Below are positions 26,136-36,207 of a stretch of 36,207 nt of DNA, piece by piece. The stretch covers positions 1 through 36,207 of the forward strand of contig JAVJSW010000070.1 of NCBI GenBank assembly GCA_040219255.1, read 5' to 3'. Under the pieces are notes generated by a model, which had not been told where the DNA came from, ran no database searches, and saw only the letters and a program-made list of their open reading frames with translations. The first letter of the stretch is position 1. Every line of letters begins with the position of its first letter. This DNA is from Sumerlaeia bacterium (GTDB lineage Bacteria; Sumerlaeota; Sumerlaeia; SLMS01; JAHLLQ01). The position numbers and the translations under genes were made by a program.

Positions 26136-26292
26136 AGGAGGTGCTCCGCGCTTCGGGGCCGGGCGTTGGGGCCGGGCCAGGAATGGGGAGCATCGCCACG
26201 TCGGCCCAAACCCTCGTCACCGGCTCTCGCGCGAACGGGAGGTGGGGTGGGGGGGCCCTCATCCCCTAAGGAAAAAAGGGAGCGCGTCGTGC

Positions 26293-26381
26293 CCTGACGT
26301 GGCTGAAAGGTTTCGCGTGTACGAGTTCTTCCAGAAAAAGCCGTGGTCCTTACAACCGTGCGAATCTCCAGCTCCGTCAGG
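26293..26381 (-). ncRNA. Candidate structured RNA (multi-stem) upstream of the 102-aa gene
   Basis: Minus strand nested stems CCTGACG/CGTCAGG, GCTGGA/TTCAGC, TTCGC/GCGAA, enclosing hairpins GGT-TGTAAGG-ACC and ACG..TTTTTC-TG-GAAGAA..CGT. Family not identified. Confidence 0.5.
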
Positions 26382-26596
26382 TGCCGGATCGGTCAATACT
26401 TGCCGCCCGAAAAGAAAAATCCGGAGGGCTCCAATCCTGCGCGATGCTGTCGCCTTTTGTTGTGCAAAAAAGTCCTGTAAGCGACAAGCGTGAAATGTGC
26501 TCAGGAACAGAGAGTTTATAAAACGGTCACCGCAATTTATTGCCAGAAGACGATGCCATCGCAAGCTATCCAAGCGTTTTCAGTGTTCTATGACGC

Positions 26597-27751
26597 TCAG
26601 TAGGCCTCCGCGCCCGCTCCCGCCGCGGCGGGCCGCGCTTCCGCCAGTTTGATCGGCATCAGCACGCACAGGTGGTTGTCTTCGTCCTTGGCCTTGAAGA
26701 CGCAGGGCGAATGCTCGTTCTTGATGTGCATGGCGATTTCGGGCTTTTCGAAGCTGTCAAGGGTCTCGATCATCAACTGGTAGTTGAAGGCGATTTCCAT
26801 GGACTCGCCGTCGTATTCCACGGCCACGTCGCCGCTGAAGGTGCCGATGTCGGCGGCCATGCTGGTGAACTTGCAGGTGCCCGCTTCCAGATTGAGGATA
26901 ATGGACTTGCTCTTATCGTCGGAGACGACGCCGGCGCGGCGGGCGGCCATTTTGAAGAGGTCGCGATTGAGGCCCATCTGGGTGGTGAATTCTTTGGGGA
27001 TCACCTGGTCGCAGTCCGGGTACTTGCCTTCGATGGCGGTGGCGCGGAACTCCACGTCGCCGGCGCGGATGGCCACCTGGCGGTCGCCGACGGCGATGGT
27101 GACGGAGCCTTCGTCGCTGAGGACTTTGCGGATGTCGCCGAGGAGTTTGCCGCTGACGACGGTGCGGATGGACTCCAAGCCTTCGATGCTTTCGGCGGGC
27201 AATTCCATGCGCGAGAGTTTTTTGCCGTCCGTACCGGTGAGGCGCAGTGTCTTGTCGCGGGCTTCGAAGAGGGCGCCGAGGAGGACGCGGCGGTGGTCTT
27301 TCTGGGGTACGGCGTAGAGCACGGCGTCGAGGAGGGACTGGAAATCGCGCTGGGCCATCTTGAGGGTGCTGAGGGGTTTTTCCTCGGGCCGCTGGGGGTA
27401 GTCGTCCGCCGGCAGGGTGACCAGTTTGTAGTCGTTGCGGCCGCTGAAGACGCGCACCTGGCCGCCCTGGTCCTGGATGCTGACGTCCTGGCCGGCGGGC
27501 ATGAGGCCGATGAGCTGGGCCAGTTTGTCGGCGGGCAGGGTGAGCCGTTGGCCGGCGCCGCCCTCGACCTTGGCGGGGACGCGAATGCGCACCAGGTTGT
27601 CGAGGTCCGTGCCGAGGAAGGTGCACTCGTCCTCGCCCGTTTCGATCAGCAGATTGGCCAACACCGGCAACGTGGTCGTGGAACGGTTCAGGAGGCTGGC
27701 AACGATCGTAGCGGCACGTTTCACATCGCCTTGGTCGAAGGTCAAAAGCAC
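26597..27751 (-). CDS. dnaN: DNA polymerase III beta subunit (sliding clamp)
   Basis: TLPVLANLLI, GTDLD, LPADDYP, TGTDGKKLS, IEGKYPDCDQVIP, IAFNYQLMIETL, VLMPIK. GTG start at 27751 with GAGG SD. Confidence 0.93.
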   Translation of the reverse strand: MLLTFDQGDVKRAATIVASLLNRSTTTLPVLANLLIETGEDECTFLGTDLDNLVRIRVPAKVEGGAGQRLTLPADKLAQLIGLMPAGQDVSIQDQGGQVRVFSGRNDYKLVTLPADDYPQRPEEKPLSTLKMAQRDFQSLLDAVLYAVPQKDHRRVLLGALFEARDKTLRLTGTDGKKLSRMELPAESIEGLESIRTVVSGKLLGDIRKVLSDEGSVTIAVGDRQVAIRAGDVEFRATAIEGKYPDCDQVIPKEFTTQMGLNRDLFKMAARRAGVVSDDKSKSIILNLEAGTCKFTSMAADIGTFSGDVAVEYDGESMEIAFNYQLMIETLDSFEKPEIAMHIKNEHSPCVFKAKDEDNHLCVLMPIKLAEARPAAAGAGAEAY

Positions 27752-27874
27752 GGCGCAAATCCTCGCTTCCGGGGGTCGAAAATCGCTGGCGAGCCAGCCC
27801 ACCCTTGTGCGTCAACGGGCCGCCATAGGGCAAGGCCTAAACGGCGCGCCCTCAGCCTTAGGACGCCCTTCACC

Positions 27875-28888
27875 TCAGGTCCGGAATCCCTGACGGGCCG
27901 CCACCAGCTCGGCCGCCAGAGCGATGGCCGCCTTCATGCTTTCGTGCCGGGCGATGCCCTCGCCCGCAATGCCAAACGCCGTGCCGTGATCGGGCGACGT
28001 GCGGATCAGCGGCAGCCCCATGGAGACGTTCACGCCGGTGTTGAAGGCCAGCGTTTTGACCGGAATCAGGCCTTGATCGTGGTACATGGCCAGGATGCCG
28101 TCGAAGCGGCCTTCCAGCATGTCCTTGTAAATCGTGTCGGCCGGGTGCGGACCGTCCAGCAGCATGCCCTCGGTGCGGCCGCGTTCGAGAGCGGGGCGGA
28201 TGACGCGGTCTTCTTCGTCGCCGAAAAGCCCGCCCTCGCCCGCGTGGGGGTTCAGACCGCAGACGCCGAGGCGGGGGCGCTTGCCGAGCCATTGCGTCAG
28301 AAACACGTCCATCAGGCGCGCTTTGGCGAGGAGTCCTTCCTGGGACAGCGAACTGATGGCCGTCCGCAAGGCCACATGGATCGACACCAGCCCCACGCGC
28401 AAGCCGCCGCCCACCAGCAGCATGGCCACGTCCGGAGCGCCGGAGAGATCCCGCAGCATTTCCGTGTGGCCCGGATAACCCACGCCCGCCGCCGCGAGGC
28501 CTTCCTTCGACAAGGGCGCGGTGACGATGGCGTCCAGGTGTCCGCCCTTCCAGAGGGCGACGGCTTTCTCGATGGCGGCGGCGGCGACGCGGCCGTGGCG
28601 TTCGTTGGTGCGGCCGACGATGGGCATGGCGCCTTTGCGAGGGTCCTCGCTGCCCAGGATCACGGTGCGTTCCAGAGCGCGCCGTATCGGGGCGGCGAAG
28701 GCGGGGGCCTTTTCGGCGATGGCGTCGGCCCAGTGCGCCCAGAGGCCGCCGGGCCCGATGAGATAGAATTCCACGCCACCCCAAGCCGCCCCGTCCTCGC
28801 CCCCGGCCAGGTCCGCCAGCGCCTTCAAAGCCACCTCGGGCCCGATCCCGCCCGGGTCGCCAATGGTCAGTCCGATTCGTAAGGGCAC
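27875..28888 (-). CDS. pdxA: 4-hydroxythreonine-4-phosphate dehydrogenase
   Basis: TIGDPGGIGPEV, TAPLSKE, GHTE, GLNPHAGE, AMYHDQGLIPVK, IRTSPDHGTAFGIAG. AAGGAGG SD. Confidence 0.95.
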   Translation of the reverse strand: MPLRIGLTIGDPGGIGPEVALKALADLAGGEDGAAWGGVEFYLIGPGGLWAHWADAIAEKAPAFAAPIRRALERTVILGSEDPRKGAMPIVGRTNERHGRVAAAAIEKAVALWKGGHLDAIVTAPLSKEGLAAAGVGYPGHTEMLRDLSGAPDVAMLLVGGGLRVGLVSIHVALRTAISSLSQEGLLAKARLMDVFLTQWLGKRPRLGVCGLNPHAGEGGLFGDEEDRVIRPALERGRTEGMLLDGPHPADTIYKDMLEGRFDGILAMYHDQGLIPVKTLAFNTGVNVSMGLPLIRTSPDHGTAFGIAGEGIARHESMKAAIALAAELVAARQGFRT

Positions 28889-29560
28889 TCGCCGCCTCCT
28901 TCGTCCGCGGAACAGAAGGGAGAGTTCGCGGCCCGGTCGGCAAGGGCTATCCCACCTAAACGGGTTTACCTGGCCTAATGCGCAGGTCCAAGTGCTTTGT
29001 CTTCAAGTTCGTCCCGGCCTGCCAACGCCCGGCGAATCTGGCGGCGCTCCCCCGTGTTCCTTCACGCCACACCGTATAGAAGAGCAAGTGACGTCGGAGG
29101 GCTGTGTTCTTGCTGCGTTGGCGAGTGGTGAGTCCCAGCATCGCAGAGAATTCCGATGGCGAATCGAGGTGGAACATGGCGGCGGCGCAGGCTCGCGGAG
29201 GAATTCGTTCCGGGTTTCCCGGCGGTGTTCCTCGATGCGGGAGTCTTTGCGGAGCCGCTATTTCGGCGCCTGAGTCGCCGAAAATCGGTCCCGCCGCCTG
29301 AAGGGGCGGCGGCATCGGGCTCCAGATCGCGGGGGCCATCCCCGAAGATGGTGCCCGGCCGGCTGCGGGACTATTCGCATTCACCGGGTGTTCTGGATAC
29401 GCCTTGCGCCGTCCTTGAAAAAGGCCGTCCGCACAGCGATTTTCGCCAGATAAACAATTGAAACAATCTTTTGACACTATCGGCCCTCTTTCGTTGGGCG
29501 GGCTCATCACCACCCCAGCGCGGGTGCCGAAAACATCCTTCCCCATGGAGATCATTACCA

Positions 29561-32740
<3,180 letters not shown>

Positions 32741-32792
32741 CCCGGGACTCCACCCCCACACCTCAAACTGTCGTTACGAAAGGACAAAATTC

Positions 32793-32948
32793 ATGATGGA
32801 AAACAAGGACCCGAAAACGGTGGATCTCGAGGCTGGCTCGAATGCGCCGGCCTACGAGACCCCGAGCATCGAAACCCGCGAAGCCGCGGACCTGAACAGC
32901 CTGCTGCTGGATGTGAACGCCTTCACCGGCGACCCATTCGAGCTGTAA
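32793..32948 (+). CDS. 51-aa acidic peptide with a RiPP-leader-like YxxP motif (MMENKDPKTVDLEAGSNAPAYETPSIETREAADLNSLLLDVNAFTGDPFEL)
   Basis: Translated by hand (absent from the ORF track). GAAAGGA SD at 32778-32784, GC3-biased codons, TAA at 32946-48, followed by a strong terminator. Confidence 0.8.
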   Translation: MMENKDPKTVDLEAGSNAPAYETPSIETREAADLNSLLLDVNAFTGDPFEL

Positions 32949-32971
32949 AGGCTTCGGCCTGACAGTCTGCG

Positions 32972-33018
32972 CGCCGCCCCGGGCCGTTTCGACGACGGCC
33001 CGGGGCGGCGTCTTTCTT
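32972..33018 (+). terminator. Rho-independent terminator
   Basis: Perfect 16-bp stem CGCCGCCCCGGGCCGT/ACGGCCCGGGGCGGCG followed by TCTTTCTT. Confidence 0.85.
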
Positions 33019-33285
33019 GGCCGCCAGATGGCTCACGCGATGGATACTTCCCGTTGGCGATTGGGAAAAGGAGTCTTAGGTGGAACTTCAAGTCCCGCAG
33101 CGACAAAGGTCTGTTTGTCAAAGATGGGACAAACACGATCTTATTTAGGTCTTTTGTTATTGACGAACCCGGGCCGCGTCGTGCGAGAAGTGGAGGCAAA
33201 ACCGTGATTGCCTGGATTTTGATCCATTTTCTCAGACTCAGGTCCATCCATATCAAGGAAAGGGCCGGAAGAGGTTGCAATCGCC

Positions 33286-36207
33286 ATGGCTGATCGAAGA
33301 GCTGCGAAATCACTGAAGGTTCGGCGTGGGAGGAGACTCGGGCGAAGCCGGGCCCTCCTGACGGGGAGTTTCCTGGTGGCGGGATGCCTGGCGGCGTCTG
33401 TGTCCGTGGCGCGCCCGTTGCCGTTCCTGCCGCCGGAGACCGTAACGGCCGCGTTGGCAGAGCCGCCTGTGATCGAGTTGGCGGATATGGACGGCGATGG
33501 GGCCCTGGACGCGATATCCCTGTCGCGGACGGAGAACCGCTGCGCGGTGTTCTTGAATACCAACGGTGACGGAACGGGCTGGACCGAGGTGCTCGTTGCC
33601 GATACGGGTCTGGCTGGGCCTGAGGAGGCGGTCGCCGTGGATATCGACGGCGACGGCGATCCGGATCTGGTGGTCGGTTCGCCGGGCAACGACCGGGTCG
33701 TCTTTTTCGAGAACCTGGGCGAGGCCCTCGCGTGGGCGCCGGGTGTCGTCATGCTGAACGGCCCGGATTCCCCGGTGGGCGTGGGAGCGGGCGATGTGGA
33801 CTGCGATGGGGATGTGGACGTAGTGGCCTCGGCGGAGGGCGCTGGCGAGATTTACTTTCTGGAGAACACGGCGGGCGATGGCTCGGCATGGAATGCCTGG
33901 CTGGCCGCCAGCGGTCTGACCGGCGCCCGGGCGGTGCAATTGGCCGATGTGGACCGGGATGGCGACTTGGATGTGGTGGCCGCCGGCCGCCTCAGTGGCG
34001 ACGTGGCCTGGTTCGAGAACATGGCGGGCGACGGTTCGGCGTGGGCGCCGGCCGCAATCATCGTTTCCGGTATCAACGATCCTTACGATTTGATCGTCGC
34101 GGACATGGACAAGGATGGCGACGTGGATGTAGCCGTCGCCAACCGCGACAGCACCTCCGTGGCGGACACGTGCGAAACCATCCCCGGCGATACGAGCCTC
34201 CAGACATCGCTCTTTTCGAAAGGCAACGTCTTCACCGTCGACGCGGCGGAAACGCTGACCGATTTCAGCATGGACCTGAATCTGAGAGGGGGCACCGTCG
34301 ACCTCTATTACTTTCTGCTGGCCGGCGATGCGCCTTTCGATCCCTTCACGGTGGTTTGGAGCGAGACCCGAAGCGAGACGGGGAGTGGGTTCCAGGCCTA
34401 CAGTGCCAACCTGCCGGATCAAATTCTCGACCCGTCGAAGTACTATGTCGCCGGGATTGGCTGGGCGCCGATGATCGATTACCGCCGGTCTTTCGGGACG
34501 GCTCCGCTCGCCTTCACGGACGTGGGGGGCACGGTGGTCAAAGGCTTCGAGGGCGTCGGTCCCGATCCTTTGTCCTTCGAGACGAACCCGATCGACGATA
34601 CCCACGCCATGGAACTCTGTTTCGCCGGTGCGAGCGCCTTGAACAACGAGAGTTTTCTGCTCTTCCGCAATCTCGACGGCGCCGGTGGAAGCTGGTCCCC
34701 TGGCACCACCGTGGCCGGCGGTCACCTCGGGGCTCAGAGTCTCGCGGCGCAGGACATCGACGGTGACGGCGATCTCGATCTGGCCGGCGTGGCTTTCACC
34801 GATGGCGACGCGCTCTGGTTCGAGAACGCGTCGGGCGACGCTTCCGCGTGGATGACTCATCCGATCAGCGATTCCCTCAGCCAACCGTCGGGCATCGCTC
34901 TCGGCGATATCGATGGCGACGGCGATGTGGACGCCGCCGCTTCGGAAGGCGCGGCCAATCGTCTCCATTGGTTCGAAAACGATCTGATCCACCGCAACGC
35001 GGCGTTCTGCGAGACGATTCCCATCAACAATCCCACCACCGCCTATTCCGTGGTGGCGGCGGATATCGATGGCGACGGCGATCTCGACGCGGTGAATTCC
35101 GGAGCCTACGCGGGCGGCGTGTTCTTCTCCGAGAACGTCTCCGGCGATGGTGGCACGTGGGCCACCACGACGATCGCCGGGCCGGGTCCTCAGCACGCCA
35201 AGACCGCCGCCGGCGATGTGGATGGTGACGGGGATCTGGATGTGGTGTCGGCCAGCTATTATGGCATGGACTGGCATGCCAACACGCTGGGCGATGGCTC
35301 GGCCTGGACAACGAACGTCATCGCGGTCAACGACAACTATCTGGATGTCGTCCTGGGCGACATGGATGGCGGGGCCGATGGGCTTTGCGCTTTGGATGTG
35401 GTGGCGGTTCGCCTGAACACCCTCGTCCTCTTCGACAACAGCAACGGCGATGGCACCTCCTGGACGGCTTCGACGGTCAGCAACACGCTCGGCTTCGCGC
35501 TTAGTGTCGATGCGGGGGATGTGGACGGCGACGGGGACCTGGACCTGGTCGTGGCCGACTTTGTCGGCAACCAGGTCTTGCTGTTCGAGAACAGCGCCGG
35601 GGACGCCTCCGTCTGGAATCAACGAACGGTGACCTCGGCCGAGAACAATCCCTTCGGCGTCGAACTGGCCGACATCGATGGCGACGGCGACCTGGATGTG
35701 GTGGCGGGTATTCGCAACAGCAACCAGGTTATCTGGTGCGAGAACACCGCCGGAGATGGCACGTCTTGGACTCGAGGGCTGATTGGCCTGGCCAATGGCG
35801 CCAACGAAGTGATCGCCCGGGACATCGACGGCGACGGAGATGTGGACGTGGCCTGCGCCGCCTTCGACGAGAACGCGGTCCGCGTTTTCATCAATCTGTT
35901 GGGCGATGGGTCGAGTTGGCAGTCCACCACCGTTACCACCAGCGCGACAAGCGCCATCGCAGTCGACCTGGCCGACGTCGACTGCGACGGAGATCTGGAC
36001 GTCCTCAGTGCGGCTCTTGGCTCCGACTCGGTTGACTGGCATCCGAACGTCGGCGGCCAGTTCATGCTCGAAACCGCCGGCGGCCCTGGCGGCGCGGTGG
36101 ATGATGGCGACATCACCCTCCTCTTCGACTTCAACGCCGTCCACAACGGCCGCCCCGGCGACGTGGATCAGGAAATCGAAGTCTTCAACGTCCTCTTCGA
36201 AGAAACC
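33286..36207 (+). CDS. Second FG-GAP double-propeller secreted protein, paralog of 29561-32740, 3'-truncated by the window end
   Basis: Not in the ORF track because it has no stop in the window. Frame reads open from ATG 33286 (MADRRAAKSLKV..GSFLVAGCLAASVSVARPLPFL) to VFNVLFEET at the edge. Shares ENDLIHRNAAFC and NVGGQF.LET..GPGGAVDDGDI with paralog 1. Confidence 0.9.
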   Translation, partial: MADRRAAKSLKVRRGRRLGRSRALLTGSFLVAGCLAASVSVARPLPFLPPETVTAALAEPPVIELADMDGDGALDAISLSRTENRCAVFLNTNGDGTGWTEVLVADTGLAGPEEAVAVDIDGDGDPDLVVGSPGNDRVVFFENLGEALAWAPGVVMLNGPDSPVGVGAGDVDCDGDVDVVASAEGAGEIYFLENTAGDGSAWNAWLAASGLTGARAVQLADVDRDGDLDVVAAGRLSGDVAWFENMAGDGSAWAPAAIIVSGINDPYDLIVADMDKDGDVDVAVANRDSTSVADTCETIPGDTSLQTSLFSKGNVFTVDAAETLTDFSMDLNLRGGTVDLYYFLLAGDAPFDPFTVVWSETRSETGSGFQAYSANLPDQILDPSKYYVAGIGWAPMIDYRRSFGTAPLAFTDVGGTVVKGFEGVGPDPLSFETNPIDDTHAMELCFAGASALNNESFLLFRNLDGAGGSWSPGTTVAGGHLGAQSLAAQDIDGDGDLDLAGVAFTDGDALWFENASGDASAWMTHPISDSLSQPSGIALGDIDGDGDVDAAASEGAANRLHWFENDLIHRNAAFCETIPINNPTTAYSVVAADIDGDGDLDAVNSGAYAGGVFFSENVSGDGGTWATTTIAGPGPQHAKTAAGDVDGDGDLDVVSASYYGMDWHANTLGDGSAWTTNVIAVNDNYLDVVLGDMDGGADGLCALDVVAVRLNTLVLFDNSNGDGTSWTASTVSNTLGFALSVDAGDVDGDGDLDLVVADFVGNQVLLFENSAGDASVWNQRTVTSAENNPFGVELADIDGDGDLDVVAGIRNSNQVIWCENTAGDGTSWTRGLIGLANGANEVIARDIDGDGDVDVACAAFDENAVRVFINLLGDGSSWQSTTVTTSATSAIAVDLADVDCDGDLDVLSAALGSDSVDWHPNVGGQFMLETAGGPGGAVDDGDITLLFDFNAVHNGRPGDVDQEIEVFNVLFEET

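Noticed and set aside
26293-26381. Assignment of the structured element as a glycine, ZTP or SAH riboswitch or a hammerhead ribozyme
   Set aside because: Only fragments resemble these (AAACCTTTCAG, CTGACGGA). The full conserved cores are missing and the downstream gene does not fit.
26529-26546. Sigma54-like site CTGGCAATAAATTGC on the minus strand
   Set aside because: GG-to-GC spacing is 9 nt instead of the required 10; kept only as a palindrome.
26400-26596. Possible oriC beside dnaN
   Set aside because: Only one DnaA-box match was found (TGTGCAAAA, 26461-26469), with no box cluster, no obvious unwinding repeats and no dnaA.
33310-36144. 944-aa minus-strand ORF, the longest listed in this region
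   Set aside because: Antisense shadow of the real plus-strand FG-GAP gene starting at 33286, which the track missed because it has no stop within the window.

Overview
GC-rich bacterial chromosomal window with about 27 coding regions and no rRNA, tRNA, CRISPR array, transposase or integrase. The C-terminal 'W-x-x-Y/F' tails on large secreted proteins and a 'YDPTNG..S.GD' pilin-like tail suggest Candidatus Sumerlaeota (BRC1); this taxonomic call is inference from memory. Recognisable genes: a multidomain Amidase_3 protein, an RmlD-like reductase, an OmpR-type two-component pair divergent from an animal-type heme peroxidase, a cupin plus Gfo/Idh/MocA pair, a LysM-M23 protein, an amino-acid ABC substrate-binding lipoprotein, a Uma2 nuclease, GT4 plus asnB, a stand-alone dnaN, pdxA, and two tandem paralogous double-propeller FG-GAP proteins (the second is absent from the ORF track and runs off the window end). 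Best leads: (1) an unannotated 51-aa peptide with a RiPP-leader-like YxxP motif, sitting between the first FG-GAP gene and its terminator; (2) a compact multi-stem RNA-like element with a competing pairing and a sequestered SD upstream of a small Trp/His-rich protein; (3) a shared Trp-aromatic C-terminal motif that may be a sorting signal; (4) two paralogous unknown proteins followed by a HEAT-repeat protein fused to a PilB/GspE-like N-terminus with no ATPase domain; (5) a Cys-free dual-specificity-phosphatase-fold pseudoenzyme; (6) a putative sigma54 operon for a Tyr/Asp-rich and a Gln-rich secreted protein. All family calls are by-eye motif recognition; no searches were run.
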